DNA of 24,058 nt, taken from positions 1-24,058 of the IMG/VR virus record IMGVR_UViG_3300010398_000677. One strand, 5' to 3'. The stretch is from a virus (Duplodnaviria > Caudoviricetes). Position numbers and translations under genes: made by a program. Below, in pieces: positions 8,512-15,916 of this stretch (position 1 is the first letter of the stretch; each line of letters starts with the position of its first letter). Under the pieces are notes generated by a model. That model searched no databases, was not told the origin of the DNA, and was given only the letters and a program-made list of their open reading frames with translations.

Positions 8512-8799
8512 CGTAATCGTCACTGATCGCCCCCGTCGGGGGACGCGAAAGTCGGAGTTGAAAGCGTCCAGGGCTGTTGATCAGGAGGAGGAGGCCCACG
8601 CCCCGAGCGCACCGCGCGGAGGGAAGAGCTAGCCCAAGGAAACGACACCGATCCTACGGCAGTTGCGCGCTCGCGAGAGCGACCGGTCTTCGACTGGGGC
8701 GCGTGACTCGCTGCGACGGGGACACCACCCGGACGCAGCCTCGGCTGGCGAGGGAACGGACAACGAATTTCCTTCTCCTGACAGCACCGAGACCACGGT

Positions 8800-8949
8800 G
8801 TTGCTCGCGTTTGACCCTGATGACCAGCGGTGGCTGGAGCGCTTCGGCGCTGACCCGCGCGAGCAGCGAGTACCGGCGGTGCTGGGTCGAAAGGAGGGGC
8901 GCAAGCGCGAGTCACTGCCGCGCGAGCTGCTGCGCACCCTTGGTCAACC
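8800..8949 (+). ncRNA. Type I hammerhead ribozyme (variant with core insertion and pseudoknot)
   Basis: Stem I UUGACC 8811-16 / GGUCAA 8942-47; core CUGAUGA 8817-23; stem II GACCC 8852-56 / GGGUC 8884-88 (G10.1-C11.1); GAAA 8889-92; stem III AGG/CCU with CUU cleavage triplet 8939-41; 11-bp pseudoknot 8800-10 with 8857-67. Confidence 0.8.
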
Positions 8950-8963
8950 ACAGGAGGAAGGTC

Positions 8964-9188
8964 ATGCAGAGCATCGAGTACCGCGTCACGTTCACAGGCA
9001 ACACCAAGGGCCGCGGCGAGCGCGAGTTCCTCGCTGACGCCGATCACGGTCCGCGCAGCGAGATCGTCTGCGTGCTCGCACGCGACATCAACAGCGGCTT
9101 CGCGAAGGCGCTGAAGCGCGCGAACGAGCCGCTCGGCAATGGCACTCGGCTCGAGATCGGCAGCGTCGAGTTCTGGCGCGTCGTCTGA
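8964..9188 (+). CDS. Hypothetical protein (array unit 1a)
   Basis: AGGAGG RBS after repeat; MQSIEYRVTFTG... Confidence 0.8.
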   Translation: MQSIEYRVTFTGNTKGRGEREFLADADHGPRSEIVCVLARDINSGFAKALKRANEPLGNGTRLEIGSVEFWRVV

Positions 9189-9292
9189 TGCCGTGCAAGC
9201 AGTGCGGCAAGCCGCTCAACCCCGTGCAGGTGATGCTCGGGCCGGTGTGCGGCGAATGCTGTCGCAAGAACCAGAAGGCAGTGACGGGGTAG
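9188..9292 (+). CDS. 34-aa Zn-finger micro-protein (array unit 1b)
   Basis: Manual translation MPCKQCGKPLNPVQVMLGPVCGECCRKNQKAVTG; TGATG coupling. Confidence 0.7.
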   Translation: MPCKQCGKPLNPVQVMLGPVCGECCRKNQKAVTG

Positions 9293-9327
9293 CGCCCGTC
9301 GCTCGGTCAACCACACAGGAGGAAGTC

Positions 9328-9624
9328 ATGAACCGCATCGCTGCTGCTGTCGAGCGCGTGAGCACGAAGCTCGCCGACCTCGACGCTGCCAAGGTCTCGA
9401 AGCTTGACGCCGAGATGGCCGTGACGTTCGAGGAGCACTACGCTTTCCAGAACGCGCAGGCTCGCGCGCACGTCGAGCAACGCCTGACGACCGATGAGGC
9501 GCAGGTGATCTACATCGCGCTCGGCGAGGTCGGATCCCAGAAGAACGGCGGCTGGGCCGACGGCACCTCGACGGCGACGAAGGTCGCGGTCACGCTCGCG
9601 ATGGGCGAGCTGCTGGGCCGGTAG
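9328..9624 (+). CDS. Hypothetical protein (array unit 2)
   Basis: RBS after repeat; MNRIAAAVERVSTKL... Confidence 0.8.
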   Translation: MNRIAAAVERVSTKLADLDAAKVSKLDAEMAVTFEEHYAFQNAQARAHVEQRLTTDEAQVIYIALGEVGSQKNGGWADGTSTATKVAVTLAMGELLGR

Positions 9625-9677
9625 GAGGGAGCGCGCGCGAGCGCGCTCACCTCGGTCAACCACACACAGGAGGAATC

Positions 9678-9962
9678 ATGAGCAAGCTTCTCTACACCCG
9701 CGGCAACCTGTTCACGGGCTACCCCTTCGGCGTCGAGGCCGAGCGCTCGTTCGGCACGATCGACGTGTACGGGCCGTTCTCGACCGAGAACGAAGCGAAC
9801 ACGTTCGCGCATCGGCTCGTCGAGGATCGGCTGGAGCCCGTGCCTGACGTGCCCGCGTTCCACGGCACGTACGAGAGCGTCAAGGTCGTGCGCATCGAGC
9901 TGCCGCAGGCTGGCAGGCGCATCGTCCGGAACGACGGCGGCGGTTACGAGTACGCCGTCTAG
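9678..9962 (+). CDS. Hypothetical protein (array unit 3)
   Basis: RBS after repeat. Confidence 0.8.
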   Translation: MSKLLYTRGNLFTGYPFGVEAERSFGTIDVYGPFSTENEANTFAHRLVEDRLEPVPDVPAFHGTYESVKVVRIELPQAGRRIVRNDGGGYEYAV

Positions 9963-10010
9963 CACGCAACCCGCTTCGGCGGGCTAGGTCAACCACACAG
10001 GAGGAACACC

Positions 10011-10277
10011 ATGATCACCGCAACAGAGATCACGCTCACCCGCGAGCAGTACGACGCCATCGGGCGGCTGCTCTCCTCGCAGCCTCAGAGCAAGTCTGTC
10101 GTCGCGATCCACGTCGAGACGCCGGAGACGAGCGAGACGCCGGATGTGCGCTGGAGGCCGGTGCACGAATTCGTGCGCGTCACCTTCGACGCTGGCTGGG
10201 GCACGCTCGCGTACGACATCGACCGCGAGGGCAACAGCGAGCACGTCAGCTTCGGCACGTCCGAGATCAGCGGCTAG
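10011..10277 (+). CDS. Hypothetical protein (array unit 4)
   Basis: RBS after repeat. Confidence 0.8.
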   Translation: MITATEITLTREQYDAIGRLLSSQPQSKSVVAIHVETPETSETPDVRWRPVHEFVRVTFDAGWGTLAYDIDREGNSEHVSFGTSEISG

Positions 10278-10328
10278 CACAGTGCGACGCCTCGCGCGTC
10301 GCGCTCGGTCAACCACACAGGAGGAATC

Positions 10329-10619
10329 ATGATCAACGACAACGACTACGTGTACTCGTTCACGCCGCGCTCGATCGACGGCCCGCACTTCGTCGCCGAG
10401 ACCGAAGAGGATCTCGACGGCATGCTCGGCGGCTTCGTCGGAGCCGAGCAGTGCGACGGCTGCGGCAACAGCGTCTACCACATCGAGTGCGGCAAGAAGC
10501 GCGGCTTCGTCGCGGTCTGCGCGATGGACCCGAGCGACGATCCAGAGTTTCAGCACACCGAGCCATGTGGTGCGCGCTACCCGATCACGCTCTCGCTCGC
10601 TGGCAAGACCGTGTTCTAG
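10329..10619 (+). CDS. Hypothetical acidic Cys-containing protein (array unit 5)
   Basis: RBS after repeat; CDGC...C...C. Confidence 0.8.
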   Translation: MINDNDYVYSFTPRSIDGPHFVAETEEDLDGMLGGFVGAEQCDGCGNSVYHIECGKKRGFVAVCAMDPSDDPEFQHTEPCGARYPITLSLAGKTVF

Positions 10620-10668
10620 AAGGAGGCGCGCACGCGCGCGCCACCTCGGTCAACCAACAGGAGGAACG

Positions 10669-10902
10669 ATGAACGACAAGCTCAACCTCACCGAGTACGA
10701 CTTCCGCGTGCGCGACGAGGGCACGATCGTGCTGCTCTACCCGCAGAACGATGCCGCGCGCATGTGGATCGATGAGCACCTGTACGGCGAGGGTGGCGCG
10801 CCGGTCTGGTTCGGCGGCGCTGTCACGATCGATCACCGGATGGCTCAGCCGATCCTCGACGGGATCGAGGCCGACGGGCTCGACATCGGACCCGCGACGT
10901 AG
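10669..10902 (+). CDS. Hypothetical acidic protein (array unit 6)
   Basis: RBS after repeat; MNDKLNLTEYDFRVRDEGTIVLLYP... Confidence 0.8.
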   Translation: MNDKLNLTEYDFRVRDEGTIVLLYPQNDAARMWIDEHLYGEGGAPVWFGGAVTIDHRMAQPILDGIEADGLDIGPAT

Positions 10903-10957
10903 CGAAGGCGGGCGCGCACGCGCCCGACCTTGGTCAACCACCACAGGAGGAATCACC

Positions 10958-11503
10958 ATGAGCACTAGCTACTGGCCTGAGACAGCGGCCGTCGAGACGC
11001 CGCTCGGACCGTGCGACAAGGTCTGGGCGACGAGCGAGACGCACATCGGCATGAGCGGAACGTTCACGATCAACCGCGTCAGCTACCGCGTCCGGCTCGA
11101 TCTGCACTTGCGCGACGGTGCGTGGCAGGAAGGCGACAAGGACGACTGGTCGGCACGCTTCCACGCGCTGATGGTCGACCGCGAGTGGGACTACCCCGGC
11201 GGCAAGCCGCGGCCCGCGACGTCGACGTCAGCTCGCACGAAGGCGCACGACACGCTCGTACCCTGGCTGACGGCGTTCGCCGTCGGCGAGGGCGCAGAGA
11301 TCCTGCGCACTGCTGGCGTGAAAGACCGTGAGCGCAAGATCGAGTCTGCACGCGCGAAGGTCGAGAAGCTTCGCGCCGAGATCGCTGCGGCGCAGGCCGA
11401 TCTCGCGGAGCTGGAACGGCACGAACAGACGCTGGAGGATCGCGGCCCGGAGTTGCAGGGCGACGACCTCGACGTGCATCACGAAGAGCACGATCCCGCG
11501 TGA
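10958..11503 (+). CDS. Hypothetical protein with C-terminal coiled coil (array unit 7a)
   Basis: RBS after repeat; MSTSYWPETAAVETPLG... Confidence 0.8.
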   Translation: MSTSYWPETAAVETPLGPCDKVWATSETHIGMSGTFTINRVSYRVRLDLHLRDGAWQEGDKDDWSARFHALMVDREWDYPGGKPRPATSTSARTKAHDTLVPWLTAFAVGEGAEILRTAGVKDRERKIESARAKVEKLRAEIAAAQADLAELERHEQTLEDRGPELQGDDLDVHHEEHDPA

Positions 11504-11679
11504 TGTACGGCTCGCTCGAGGAAGACCTCGCTCTGGAGCACGTCGTGCTCGCCGAGGCCGAGGCCGAGTCAAGGCGCGCCTGGCGCGCGCGGCAGTACAA
11601 GCTCGCACAGCGAGCTGATCGTGAGGCGGCGCGTGCGCGCGAGCGCATCGCCGAGCTGGAAGAGAGGGCGCGCGTGTAG
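11503..11679 (+). CDS. Helical hypothetical protein, 58 aa (array unit 7b)
   Basis: Manual translation MYGSLEEDLALEHVVLAEAEAESRRAW...ERARV; TGATG coupling. Confidence 0.65.
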   Translation: MYGSLEEDLALEHVVLAEAEAESRRAWRARQYKLAQRADREAARARERIAELEERARV

Positions 11680-11713
11680 CGCGTCCCCTCGGTCAACCGA
11701 AAGGAGGTGGTAC

Positions 11714-11986
11714 ATGAAACGACTGGTTCCGCGCTGGCGGAAGATGACGTGGGTGCTGCTGATCTGGACCGCACTGATCGCGGCCTGGATGATCTCAGCG
11801 GCTGGTTCGGCACACGGCGTCTCTGCGGACTGCCAGCACGACACCGTGCTCAGCGCACAGGCATGCAACAACGCCGAGGACGCCGGGACAGGCATTGCGA
11901 TTGTTCTGATCGGCCTGCTCGGCTTTCTCGGCTTCGTCGCCTTGTCGCTCGTCTGGTTCATGTCGCGACCCAAGCCGAAGGACTGA
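11714..11986 (+). CDS. Two-TM membrane protein (array unit 8)
   Basis: RBS after repeat; two hydrophobic segments flanking a C...C loop. Confidence 0.8.
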   Translation: MKRLVPRWRKMTWVLLIWTALIAAWMISAAGSAHGVSADCQHDTVLSAQACNNAEDAGTGIAIVLIGLLGFLGFVALSLVWFMSRPKPKD

Positions 11987-12042
11987 ACCCAAGGGGACCC
12001 GCCGTCTACGGCGGGACCTCGGTCAACCGAAGGAGGAAGCAA

Positions 12043-12327
12043 ATGTCCAAACGAATCGCGAAGAAGCACGTCGTGACGGTCGCGACGGAACAGAGTCAGG
12101 CCGCACAGCGGGTGACGCGCGGGTTGCGTGCGCACTCCTGGCAGACGCGCTTCGAGCCGAAGCAGACCGAGCAAGGCACGTTCGCTAGCTCAAGGGCGGC
12201 GACCGAAGAAGAACGCCTCGACCAGCTTCGCAACGCCGTCCGCTGGGCGCGCGTCGTCGTACGTGATGCCGAGGCCGTGCTCAGTTGGGTCGAGGCCTAC
12301 GCGCGGCAGGAAGGAGCGATCGAATGA
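12043..12327 (+). CDS. Hypothetical protein (array unit 9a)
   Basis: RBS after repeat; MSKRIAKKHVVTV... Confidence 0.75.
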   Translation: MSKRIAKKHVVTVATEQSQAAQRVTRGLRAHSWQTRFEPKQTEQGTFASSRAATEEERLDQLRNAVRWARVVVRDAEAVLSWVEAYARQEGAIE

Positions 12328-12551
12328 GACCGCTGGAGGTGATGGGGCTCGCCGAGGTCAGCGTCGAGACCGGCGTGCAGCCGACGACGATCCACGCCTG
12401 GATGCGACGCGGGCACCTGCCCGCACCGGACGCGCGTCTCGCGTGCGGACCGATCTGGCGTCGGAGCACGATCGAGGCCTGGAAGTCGGGCGCGGGCGCG
12501 GAACGGATCGCGCGCGCTCTCGACTGGGTCTCGCCGAAGAAGGTGGCGTGA
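12324..12551 (+). CDS. AlpA/excisionase-like HTH protein
   Basis: MGLAEVSVETGVQPTTIHAWMRRGHLPAPD...GPIWRRSTIEAW. Confidence 0.75.
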   Translation: MRPLEVMGLAEVSVETGVQPTTIHAWMRRGHLPAPDARLACGPIWRRSTIEAWKSGAGAERIARALDWVSPKKVA

Positions 12552-12709
12552 TGCGCGTGCATCCGGCCATCCTCGTCTGCTACGTGCTCGCGATCGCGCT
12601 CGCAGTCACGCTGGTGATCGCGTACCACGCGAGCACGACGCGCGCCGTGATCGTCGTCGCGATCGTCGCCGTCGTCGGCTTCCTGGCGGCGACTGATCGA
12701 CATCGATGA
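12551..12709 (+). CDS. Small two-TM membrane protein (52 aa)
   Basis: Hydrophobic; TGATG coupling. Confidence 0.6.
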   Translation: MRVHPAILVCYVLAIALAVTLVIAYHASTTRAVIVVAIVAVVGFLAATDRHR

Positions 12710-12799
12710 GAGGACGCGCTTCGGCGCGCTCCTCGGTCAGGTCGGAGAAGGAAGTTCGTTGTCCTCCCCCGAGCATGCTGCGCCCTTCGCGCGTGTGCC

Positions 12800-13522
12800 T
12801 CACGCCGCCCTTGCGGGGGCCCCGGCTCCCTGCATCTTACGCCTCACGGCTTTCTTCGTCATCCCGAGAATTCGGGCGATCTCGCCTGCTCGCAGCCCTT
12901 GCGCTGCGAGTTCTGCGACCGTCGACCGGCGCTCGGCGGCGGCGCTGCGCTCGATCAGCCATGTCGGCACGCGCACGCGCGGCATCCAGAGCGCGAGCGT
13001 GACGACGCCGAGCTCGAGCTCGAGCGCGGCGAGCTCGTCGAGCCGTCGCGGCTCGTGCTCGACGAGCACGGTCCGGACGAGGTGGTGGCGAGGAGGGTGG
13101 TGAGCGCGAAGCCGATCGAGCTGGATCCGTAGCGCGCGGTAGGAGCCGTGGCGCTCGTACGTGCGCTGCAGCCGCTCCCAGGCGTACGGGGGATCGTCCT
13201 CTTGGACATGAAGTCGCGATTTCATGTCCGGCTCGCGCGGCAGCTCGGCGGCGTCCGCGAGCGTCATCCCGAGGTAGGCGTCCCACTCCTCGTCGTCGTG
13301 CTCGCGACGCCGCCAGCCGCGGCCGTCGCAGACGAGGCAGAGCACGTACATGCGGGCTCGCTGCTTGACCCAGCCCTGCTCGCGACAGTGCTCGCAGGGC
13401 ACGTAGTGCGACGCTGCGGGACCGCTGTCGGGCTCCAGCGCTCCCCTGGGCGTCGGGTACGGGTCGTTGAGGGTCTCCAGCAGGAGACGCACCCTCTGTA
13501 CGCGCTCGGCGAGGCCTGACAC
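12800..13522 (-). CDS. Zn-finger plus C-terminal HTH protein, candidate late transcription regulator
   Basis: CEHC...CLVCDGRG and GLRAGEIARILGMTKKAVRRKM; GAGGAG RBS before GTG. Role is inference. Confidence 0.65.
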   Translation of the reverse strand: MSGLAERVQRVRLLLETLNDPYPTPRGALEPDSGPAASHYVPCEHCREQGWVKQRARMYVLCLVCDGRGWRRREHDDEEWDAYLGMTLADAAELPREPDMKSRLHVQEDDPPYAWERLQRTYERHGSYRALRIQLDRLRAHHPPRHHLVRTVLVEHEPRRLDELAALELELGVVTLALWMPRVRVPTWLIERSAAAERRSTVAELAAQGLRAGEIARILGMTKKAVRRKMQGAGAPARAA

Positions 13523-13830
13523 CTGGCTCCTCGCTCGCTGCGCGAGCTTCCGGCCGTCCTCGAGTTTACTCGCTTAGAGCGAGATTCCCTGGCGCGCCCG
13601 CGCGCAGCGTCTGCTATGGATGTTCGCTGCCTGGAAACCCACTCCAGGCCACCAAGAGCTTCGACACAACCGAGACGAGCTACGACCCAGGGGCAGAGAC
13701 CTCGCACCTGGTTTGGCGAGGTCTCGAGCCCCTGGTTCGAGCTGCCAGGGGGGTGCCTTTTGCATGCCAAGGCTGCGTATCACTGCGCGTAATTCGCGCG
13801 GTCTGGTTGCGGGTTCGATTCCCCGAATTT

Positions 13831-13886
13831 GTAAAGAAAGTGGCCAGTTACTTTCCTTGCTCTTTCCGGGCGATTTGGTCTAGCTT
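13831..13886 (+). promoter_or_regulatory. Promoter with overlapping operator-like inverted repeat
   Basis: TTGCTC-18 bp-TAGCTT; inverted repeat GTAAAGAAAGT-N8-ACTTTCCTTGC (9/11) overlapping the -35. Confidence 0.5.
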
Positions 13887-13902
13887 CGAGCGGGTGGCAA
13901 CG

Positions 13903-14160
13903 ATGACTCGCAGGCGCGATTCCGTGGACAAGGAAGCGGTCGCCGAGCGGCTTCGTGTCCTACGACATCGGCAGGGACTGACCCAGGCAGGACTCGCAGA
14001 AGCCGCAGGAGTCGGCGACAGGACGTACCGCAACTGGGAGTCCGGACGCAACGCGCCGCGGATGGGCAAATCGCTCGTGTCGCTCGCGCTGCTGCTGCGG
14101 ATCGAGCCAGGCCAGCTCCTCTACGGCATGGACTACGGAAAGGAATTTCGCGATGGCTGA
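13903..14160 (+). CDS. XRE/Cro-like HTH regulator
   Basis: RLRVLRHRQGLTQAGLAEAAGVGDRTYRNWESGRNAP. Confidence 0.85.
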   Translation: MTRRRDSVDKEAVAERLRVLRHRQGLTQAGLAEAAGVGDRTYRNWESGRNAPRMGKSLVSLALLLRIEPGQLLYGMDYGKEFRDG

Positions 14161-14734
14161 AGTCCAGGCGCACATCACGAAGGTGGAGCAAGACCCCTCT
14201 TCGGGCTGGGGAAAGGTCTTCACCGACGACGACGAGATCAAGATGTTGAAGACGAAGATCGCCGAGAAGCTGCAGGAGGCGGGCGCGCTCAAGAAAAGCG
14301 GCGCACTGGCGCTGATCGAGTACACGACGCGCCAGGGGAACATCAACCAGCACACCGGCCAGCCGTACATCGATCACTACTACGACCGCGCTGGCGCGAT
14401 CGACGTGCCCGACGAGGACACCGGGATCGACGTCGTGCAGCCGGTGGGACGCAAGACCGATCCCGAGGACGCCTGGCGCATGTGCCTGAACAAGGGCGGC
14501 GAGCTGGCCGTCGCGACGCTCTGGCACATGAAGGAGGAGCAGAAGTCGTTCGCGACGCAGAAGCGCGTCGCCTACGACTGGGCGAAGTTCTTCTTCTTCA
14601 CGCCGCTGCCGCCGCTCGAGGAGCTCGCGTTCGGCGGCGGAAACGGCTTCGGTGCAGGGGATTCTGTGCCGGTGCCCGAGCCTGTGCCCGCCGACGCACC
14701 GCCGCCGCATGGGGACGATGACATCCCCTTCTGA
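14153..14734 (+). CDS. SSB-like protein
   Basis: Flexible tail ending GDDDIPF; beta-rich N-terminus; sits before an exonuclease. Confidence 0.6.
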   Translation: MAEVQAHITKVEQDPSSGWGKVFTDDDEIKMLKTKIAEKLQEAGALKKSGALALIEYTTRQGNINQHTGQPYIDHYYDRAGAIDVPDEDTGIDVVQPVGRKTDPEDAWRMCLNKGGELAVATLWHMKEEQKSFATQKRVAYDWAKFFFFTPLPPLEELAFGGGNGFGAGDSVPVPEPVPADAPPPHGDDDIPF

Positions 14735-15059
14735 GACCGAGCTGATGACGGCCGCGGAGCTGCTGGCCGAGATGCGCGCGCGTGACGCCCGTGTCTACCG
14801 AATGCGCGCGCACGCGGTGTTCGCGATCACCAAGAACGCCGAGACCGCGAAGTGGCTGCTCTCGCTCGGCGGGCGCACGTACACGCCGCGGCACGCGGAG
14901 GGCTCGTACGACCTGCCGCTCGGCGGTTACCGGCGCGCGAAGGACGGACCGAGCGAGTGGGACATCTACGTGCACATCATCCCCGTCGCGGGCGACGAGA
15001 CGCTCTGGGAGGCGGCGGGCGGCGTGGTGCCGACCGTCGAGGCGACGGACTTCGCATGA
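14718..15059 (+). CDS. Hypothetical protein
   Basis: Fills the operon gap; start 14718 or 14745. Confidence 0.65.
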   Translation: MTSPSETELMTAAELLAEMRARDARVYRMRAHAVFAITKNAETAKWLLSLGGRTYTPRHAEGSYDLPLGGYRRAKDGPSEWDIYVHIIPVAGDETLWEAAGGVVPTVEATDFA

Positions 15060-15916
15060 GCCTCGACATTCACGAGCTCGACGCCTTCACGCCGTCGCAG
15101 GACTGGAACCTGCCGATCAAGCACTGGTCGCCGTCGAGCCTGGCGATGCTGCAGCGCTGCCCGTATCAGTGGCAGCAGCGCTACCTTCACCACCGCAAGG
15201 AACGACCGGGCGAAGCGCCCGTCACCGGCCTGGCCGTGCACGGCGCGCTCGAGACCAACTTCCACCAGAAGATCGGCTCGCACGAGGACCTGCCGCTCGA
15301 GGGGCTCCTCGAGCAGTACATGGAGGAGATCTTCCCGCGCACGGTGCTCGCCGAGCAGGAGAAGAACGGCGAGGAGGTGCTCTGGGACACGAGCCCTGAC
15401 GACGCTCGAGCTCGTGGACGGGTGATGCTCGCGGGCTACCAGAACGCCGTCGCGCCGCGGATCCAGCCGCAGGGCGTCGAGCTGGTGGTCAAGGCCGACT
15501 TCGGTCTTCCCGTCCCGATCGAGGGCCGCGTCGACGTCGACCGCGAGGCCTCCGTGATCGACATCAAGACCGGCAAGAGCGCGCAACGCAAACCGAAAGA
15601 GGCGTGGCGAATTCAAGCTGCCGTTTACGGCAAGGCGCGGAATAAGCCGGTGGAATTCCACAGTGTTTCCGCAACGGTGAAGACGAACAAGGTGACCGTG
15701 CTGACGCCGCTCGAGGAGGAGGGGCTGCTGGTCAGCCCGTCGCGCTTCGAACAGGGCGAGCTCGAGCGCTCGATCAGGACGCTCTCGGCCTGGGCCTGCT
15801 TCCTGATGTCGATCTACGGGCCCGACGAGCCCTGGCCGACGACCGGCCGCTTCGACACCTGGGCCTGCGACTACTGCGGCTACCGCCCCGGCTGCCCCGC
15901 CTGGAGGACGGCGTGA
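15056..15916 (+). CDS. PD-(D/E)XK Cas4/RecB-like exonuclease
   Basis: SPSSL...CPYQW, G.AVH.ALE, EGRVDV, IDIKTG, QxxxY, CDYC...C (Fe-S-type cysteines). Confidence 0.88.
   Translation: MSLDIHELDAFTPSQDWNLPIKHWSPSSLAMLQRCPYQWQQRYLHHRKERPGEAPVTGLAVHGALETNFHQKIGSHEDLPLEGLLEQYMEEIFPRTVLAEQEKNGEEVLWDTSPDDARARGRVMLAGYQNAVAPRIQPQGVELVVKADFGLPVPIEGRVDVDREASVIDIKTGKSAQRKPKEAWRIQAAVYGKARNKPVEFHSVSATVKTNKVTVLTPLEEEGLLVSPSRFEQGELERSIRTLSAWACFLMSIYGPDEPWPTTGRFDTWACDYCGYRPGCPAWRTA

Larger units (their letters stand above)
8939..12740 (+). repeat. Dispersed intergenic repeat: hairpin + CTH + GGTCAACC + AGGAGG RBS (9 copies plus a terminal GGTCAG variant)
   Basis: GGTCAACC starts at 8942, 9305, 9654, 9987, 10307, 10648, 10932, 11691, 12021; CCTC-GGTCAG at 12735. 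Confidence 0.95.

Noticed and set aside
8520-9047. ORFs 8577-, 8663-9037, 8629-8937 and 8520-9047 across the leader
   Set aside because: No coherent RBS/start or protein features; the region is better explained as structured RNA, with the real gene starting at 8964.
8939-12740. Integron-like cassette array served by the tyrosine recombinase
   Set aside because: The repeats lack paired RYYYAAC/GTTRRRY boxes and the integrase shows no obvious IntI-specific insertion. The CUH rule and complementarity to the hammerhead arm explain the motif better, although DNA-level shuffling is not excluded.
8939-12740. CRISPR array or mini-array
   Set aside because: The conserved part is only ~11 nt and the intervals are 300-750-bp genes. 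The Cas4-like gene is a typical stand-alone phage exonuclease.
9280-12740. Each repeat being its own complete hammerhead
   Set aside because: No UUGACC-CUGANGA or GAAA in the required position at sites 2-10; CTGACGA at 9484 is inside a CDS without matching stems.
13791-13830. tRNA gene or att core (GCGGGTTCGATTCCC, identical to tRNA-Cys 21889-21903)
   Set aside because: Only a 15-nt T-loop match with a 3-bp stem; no cloverleaf or acceptor-stem continuation.
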